Shown one piece after another: positions 60,640-64,000 of a DNA stretch of 64,000 nucleotides (positions are counted from its first letter, which is position 1; each line of letters begins with the position of its first letter). The stretch comes from Vicugna vicugna (lineage: Eukaryota). The translations under genes and the position numbers were made by a program. The notes under the pieces were generated by a model. That model made no database searches. It saw only the letters and a list, made by a program, of their open reading frames with translations, and was not told the origin of the DNA. The stretch spans positions 496,001-560,000 of the forward strand of contig MU063738.1 of NCBI GenBank assembly GCA_013265495.1. The letters are read 5' to 3'.

Positions 60640-62207
60640 TAAGGGAAGAAAAATACTTCTCCTACCTTCTTAGGTTCAGATACTAGTCTCCACAAATTAA
60701 ACTAGGAACAGACAGATTAACAGGAAAAAATGCATACAAGCTGTATTTGACGTTATATTTTTATTTTTGTATGCATAAAGGTCTTCACAGAAAATAAATG
60801 AAGAGGGGAGGGGCCGGGGGTGTGCAGGTCTGAGCACATGCTGGGAGTCAGGCTGGGAGTCAGGATGGGGGTCAGGCTGAGGGTCAGGCCTGCTGCAGGT
60901 TGGGGAGATCACAGAGGGCCTGGTACACGGACCCAAGGCAGCCCCACAGCGTGGAGCCCAGCCTCCGGACGCTGGATATTGACACGTCTGAGAATGATTC
61001 AGAATTCGGAAAGATCCGAAAAGAGAGACACCACTCCTGGGTGGACATAATAACCACATAATAACCATAATAACTACCGAATCACGAAGGGAAGATGAAG
61101 CTCTATCGTGGGAGCATTTGCACTTGGATGATAAGACTCGCTCTGTCTCAGAGGCAGTGGTGTCTTTGATGTGAGAGATGAGAGGACTGGGAGACTCTCA
61201 TTTCCATGGAGAAGGGAGACAAGATCGCTCTTCCTGCGGGGACCGGCCTGCTCCAGCCTGGACGGGGAGCGCTGTGTGAAAGCTGTGCGGCCGCTGAGAA
61301 CCAGCCCGGACCGTGCACGGCCGGCCTGCTGGCCACTTGGAGGCCCGGGGGCAGTTCGTGGGGGTTTGGGCGCAGACAGCACAGCGCTGCCCTAGGGCCC
61401 AGTGCGCCCCACCCTCCTCGCGAAGGTCCCAGGCGTGACAGCCGCAGAAAGCCTGTTGTGTTCTTTTTACGCTTTTGCGTCGTTGACGTGAGGCTGGGCG
61501 AGCGTTCCTTTGTGAGACTGTCTGGTCAGACACATTGTCACGGAAGGCGCTGTAACGCTGCTTTGTACGTGGGAGCGACTGTGGGCATCTGGGCAAATCC
61601 TTCCGTTTTCTGTGACTGGGGATCAGAGGTTCGGTGGCCCTGGTCAGCACACACCTTCGGCTCTAACCCACTGAGTTTTGTCTCAGCTGCCCCCTCTGGA
61701 CCGGATTCTGGGACTCGAAGCCGATGCCAGGCGAGGTGGTGCCCACCCTGTGAGCACAGTGCTGGCCAGAGAGAAGACGCCTTCCTCCCAGAGCCCGGGA
61801 CAGCAGGGGGGCGTCCCGGGGATGCGCTGGCCCGTTAGAGGACACGCACTGCGGCTTGTGCCGCTTTCTTGTGGAAAATAAAATCTCTGCATTGATTGAA
61901 AAGGAAGAAGTGAGGGTGCCGAGGAGGTTGGCTCGGGGGCTTGCGCGCCGTTTTAACAAAGGACGGTCCGTCGTGGGGCAGTGAAGAGGCCGAGGTGAGG
62001 CGCCTGGCCCCCAGGGAGCCAGGGCGGACAGGAGGCGCAGCTGGGCGCTGTCTTCATCCCCCCTTCCCTTCCCGGTGCCTTCAAGGGGGACTTCCGCCCT
62101 GATTTTAGCATGGGGACAGGCAGAGAGCGCGCCTGTGTCTGCTTGCTCTCAGGTTTCTTCAGTAGAAAATAATCTTTGTGCCCCCGCGGCGTGTTCTTGG
62201 CCCGTCA
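60640..62207. mobile_element. Interrupted ERV1-class LTR-like element
   Basis: The start (gtaagggaagaaaaatacttctcctaccttctt...acagacagattaacagg) and end (cttcagtagaaaataatctttgtgcc) resemble one recalled LTR family; the interior is interrupted and the family cannot be named. Confidence 0.4.
60841..60888 (+). repeat. 12-bp tandem repeat x4
   Basis: ctgggagtcagg ctgggagtcagg atgggggtcagg ctgagggtcagg. Confidence 0.85.
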
Positions 62208-62539
62208 AAGTCTCGCGCTTGCCGGCACTTTCCACACACGGGGACCGTTCTGGGTGTTTTCTCTGCCCCGACCCACATCATCCTCAGAACATTTTCTTAT
62301 TAGACGTACTTAATAATCACCCCACTTTACACGTGGGGTAACCAGGGATCAGAGACGTTACCAACTTGCCTGCAACCCTCCCACAAGCCCCTCCGGAGTG
62401 AAGCCCACGTTCAGAGGCAGCCAGCCCGGCCGGGGGCCGCCCGCCCGCCGCGTCTGGTGGGCGGTCAGCCGTTCCAGGGCCCTCTGTGCTCCTGGCGGCT
62501 CCGGGAGCCCTGGGTCTGCCGCTCCTGTGGTTGAAGCCG

Positions 62540-63005
62540 TCGGTGTTCGTCAGATTAGACATGAAAACAAGGGGCTTCTAAAACGCCTTTGAATGAGCGC
62601 AATGGCCCATCATATGCCACAGAACGACGTTTCTTAAAAGACCTAAATTTTCCAAAACAACCAAGGCATTTCATTGGAAGAGTGGCGTTGTGCTGCATTT
62701 TTGCCACATCTCTCTAGTCTCTGGCCTAAGAGACTACAGCTGGACTCAGCATTCAGTCTGCTGTGACGCGCCGTTTGGAGGGTATGGGTTAAACCCCGCC
62801 TCCCGGACTGAAGGAGAGAGGGGCGCTCTAACAGCCTCTGCGCGTCGCTGTGGGTGTTCCTGACGCCGCGCCAAGACCCAGCAAGTGGGGTGTCTTAGCC
62901 GCTGGTCGCAGTGTGGAAGCTGAAACCAGGTCAGTGGGATTTTTGTTCTCTGTCACATTAAAACCTTTAACGTTAAAAACCCGCTGTCCTATTTTCCACT
63001 TAGTG
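62540..63005. mobile_element. Charlie1-like hAT DNA transposon fragment
   Basis: gaagagtggcgttgtgctgcatttttgccacatctc...cagctggactcagcattcagtctgctgtga...gtggaagctgaaacc...ctctgtcacattaaaa resembles recalled Charlie1. Confidence 0.55.
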
Positions 63006-63009
63006 GAAC

Positions 63010-63140
63010 ATTTTTGGGGTGATGGATATGTTCACTGTGTCGACTGTGTTGTTAGTTTGGGGATGTACACAAATGTTAAAACTTACCAAACTGTGCAAGC
63101 TACATATGTGCGATTTATGGCATTCGATTATTACTCAATA
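63010..63140 (+). mobile_element. Old L1M 3' end
   Basis: ttttggggtgatggatatgttcactgtgtcgactgtg...aaacttaccaaactgtgca...ttactcaataaa. Confidence 0.6.
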
Positions 63141-63261
63141 AAATTGCTCAACAAAAACCACCCCCGAGCCAGACTGCACTGCCCTATTCAGAAAAGCAGC
63201 ACAGCGTGCGGGGGAAGTCCAGATCTGGGTCTGTCTGGCACTGCCGGGCGTATGAGCTTGG

Positions 63262-63830
63262 CCGTGCTCATTCATTCATTCACCTCACGTGCGTGGACCC
63301 TTCTCCTGCGCTACCAGGTGTTGACCTGAAGCTGCAGACCGGGTACGACCCTCACACCTGGAGCTTACAGTCTGGCTGAGGAGACTGGGTAATGACCAAA
63401 CACCGAGAGGGGCAATTAACCCGGGGGGTTATGATCAGGGAGTGCTTCCTGGAAGAGGTACCCTCTGAGCTGACTACCCGCTCCCCCGCCCCCAGATGTA
63501 GGATGGGCGTTAACCAAAGACAGGGAGTTTTCCCAGCAGACGGAATATAACCACAGAAGCCCAGAGACGTGGAGAGGGGTTTGCAAGCCCTCAGGGGAGT
63601 AAGGACGGCAGGTGGGTGGGGGAAGAGGAGGCTGAGACAGGGCCACAGTCAGACTGTCCAGGCTCTGTCCTGAGGGCAGAGGAGAGCCTGGGAAGGGTTT
63701 GAGGTCAGAGTGCGGAAGCCAGAGGCTCCCTCTGCCCCGGGGCTGAGAGCAGATTAGAGGGGCTGGGGACTGGGCACAAGGCTGAGGGCTGGAGACCAGT
63801 TAGCAGGCCGTGGCAGGAGGGGCTGGGAGC
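63262..63830 (-). mobile_element. L2 3' fragment
   Basis: cattcattcattca (antisense L2 tail) followed by ggagcttacagtctggctgagg...gcttcctggaagagg. Confidence 0.65.
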
Positions 63831-63877
63831 TGAGTGGAAGAAAGAGGTCACAACAGGCAAGGCGGCTTAAAATTGGG

Positions 63878-63883
63878 TTTAAT
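63878..63883 (-). terminator. Candidate polyA signal ATTAAA of a minus-strand gene ending at the window edge
   Basis: The minus strand reads ttttTGTA-ATTAAA in an AU-rich block, with a GU/U-rich element downstream. Confidence 0.4.
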
Positions 63884-64000
63884 TACAAAAATAACACACA
63901 TTCTTAAAAGCAGAGCAACACTAAAGCATTTGAAGTGAAGCTAGAGGCCAACCCCAGGCCCCACGTAGACAAAGGTCCTGGGGAGCCAGTGCTGGCTGGT

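Noticed and set aside
1-64000. CRISPR arrays, rRNA, genuine tRNA genes, prokaryotic systems; numerous G-quadruplex motifs
   Set aside because: None of the former was seen (tRNA-like text belongs to SINEs); G-runs are ubiquitous at this GC content and none stands out.

Overview
GC-rich mammalian genomic DNA, most likely from a camelid judging by the tRNA-derived SINE type (inference). It carries the conserved block PTPRV / PTPN7 / ARL8A / GPR37L1. PTPN7 (+, 339 aa) and GPR37L1 (-, 478 aa) are intact. ARL8A (+) is intact for exons 2-7, and its exon 1 falls in a 156-N assembly gap. PTPRV (OST-PTP/Esp; -, 33 coding exons traced by hand, 2091-16921) is a decaying unitary pseudogene with two nonsense codons, two frameshifts, two destroyed splice dinucleotides and a His>Tyr change in the catalytic motif. 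In contrast, all ten FN3 ectodomain exons (2658 nt) remain open, and an intronic AATAAA lies just before the transmembrane exon, raising the possibility of a soluble-ectodomain stage or isoform. Other points of interest: GPR37L1 has lost the class-A hallmark N1.50 and its N-glycosylation sequon; PTPN7 has a STEP/PTP-SL-type KIM and a frameshifted upstream start that now forms a strong uORF; a (GGA)8(CGA)7 repeat sits in the ARL8A promoter; and the region upstream of GPR37L1 holds an AP-1/RFX/CRE-rich stretch with an 83-bp minisatellite and an inverted copy. All comparisons to human and rodent orthologues and to repeat consensuses are from recall, not alignment, and need checking. Most ORFs in the track are GC-rich shadow or intron-spanning artefacts.
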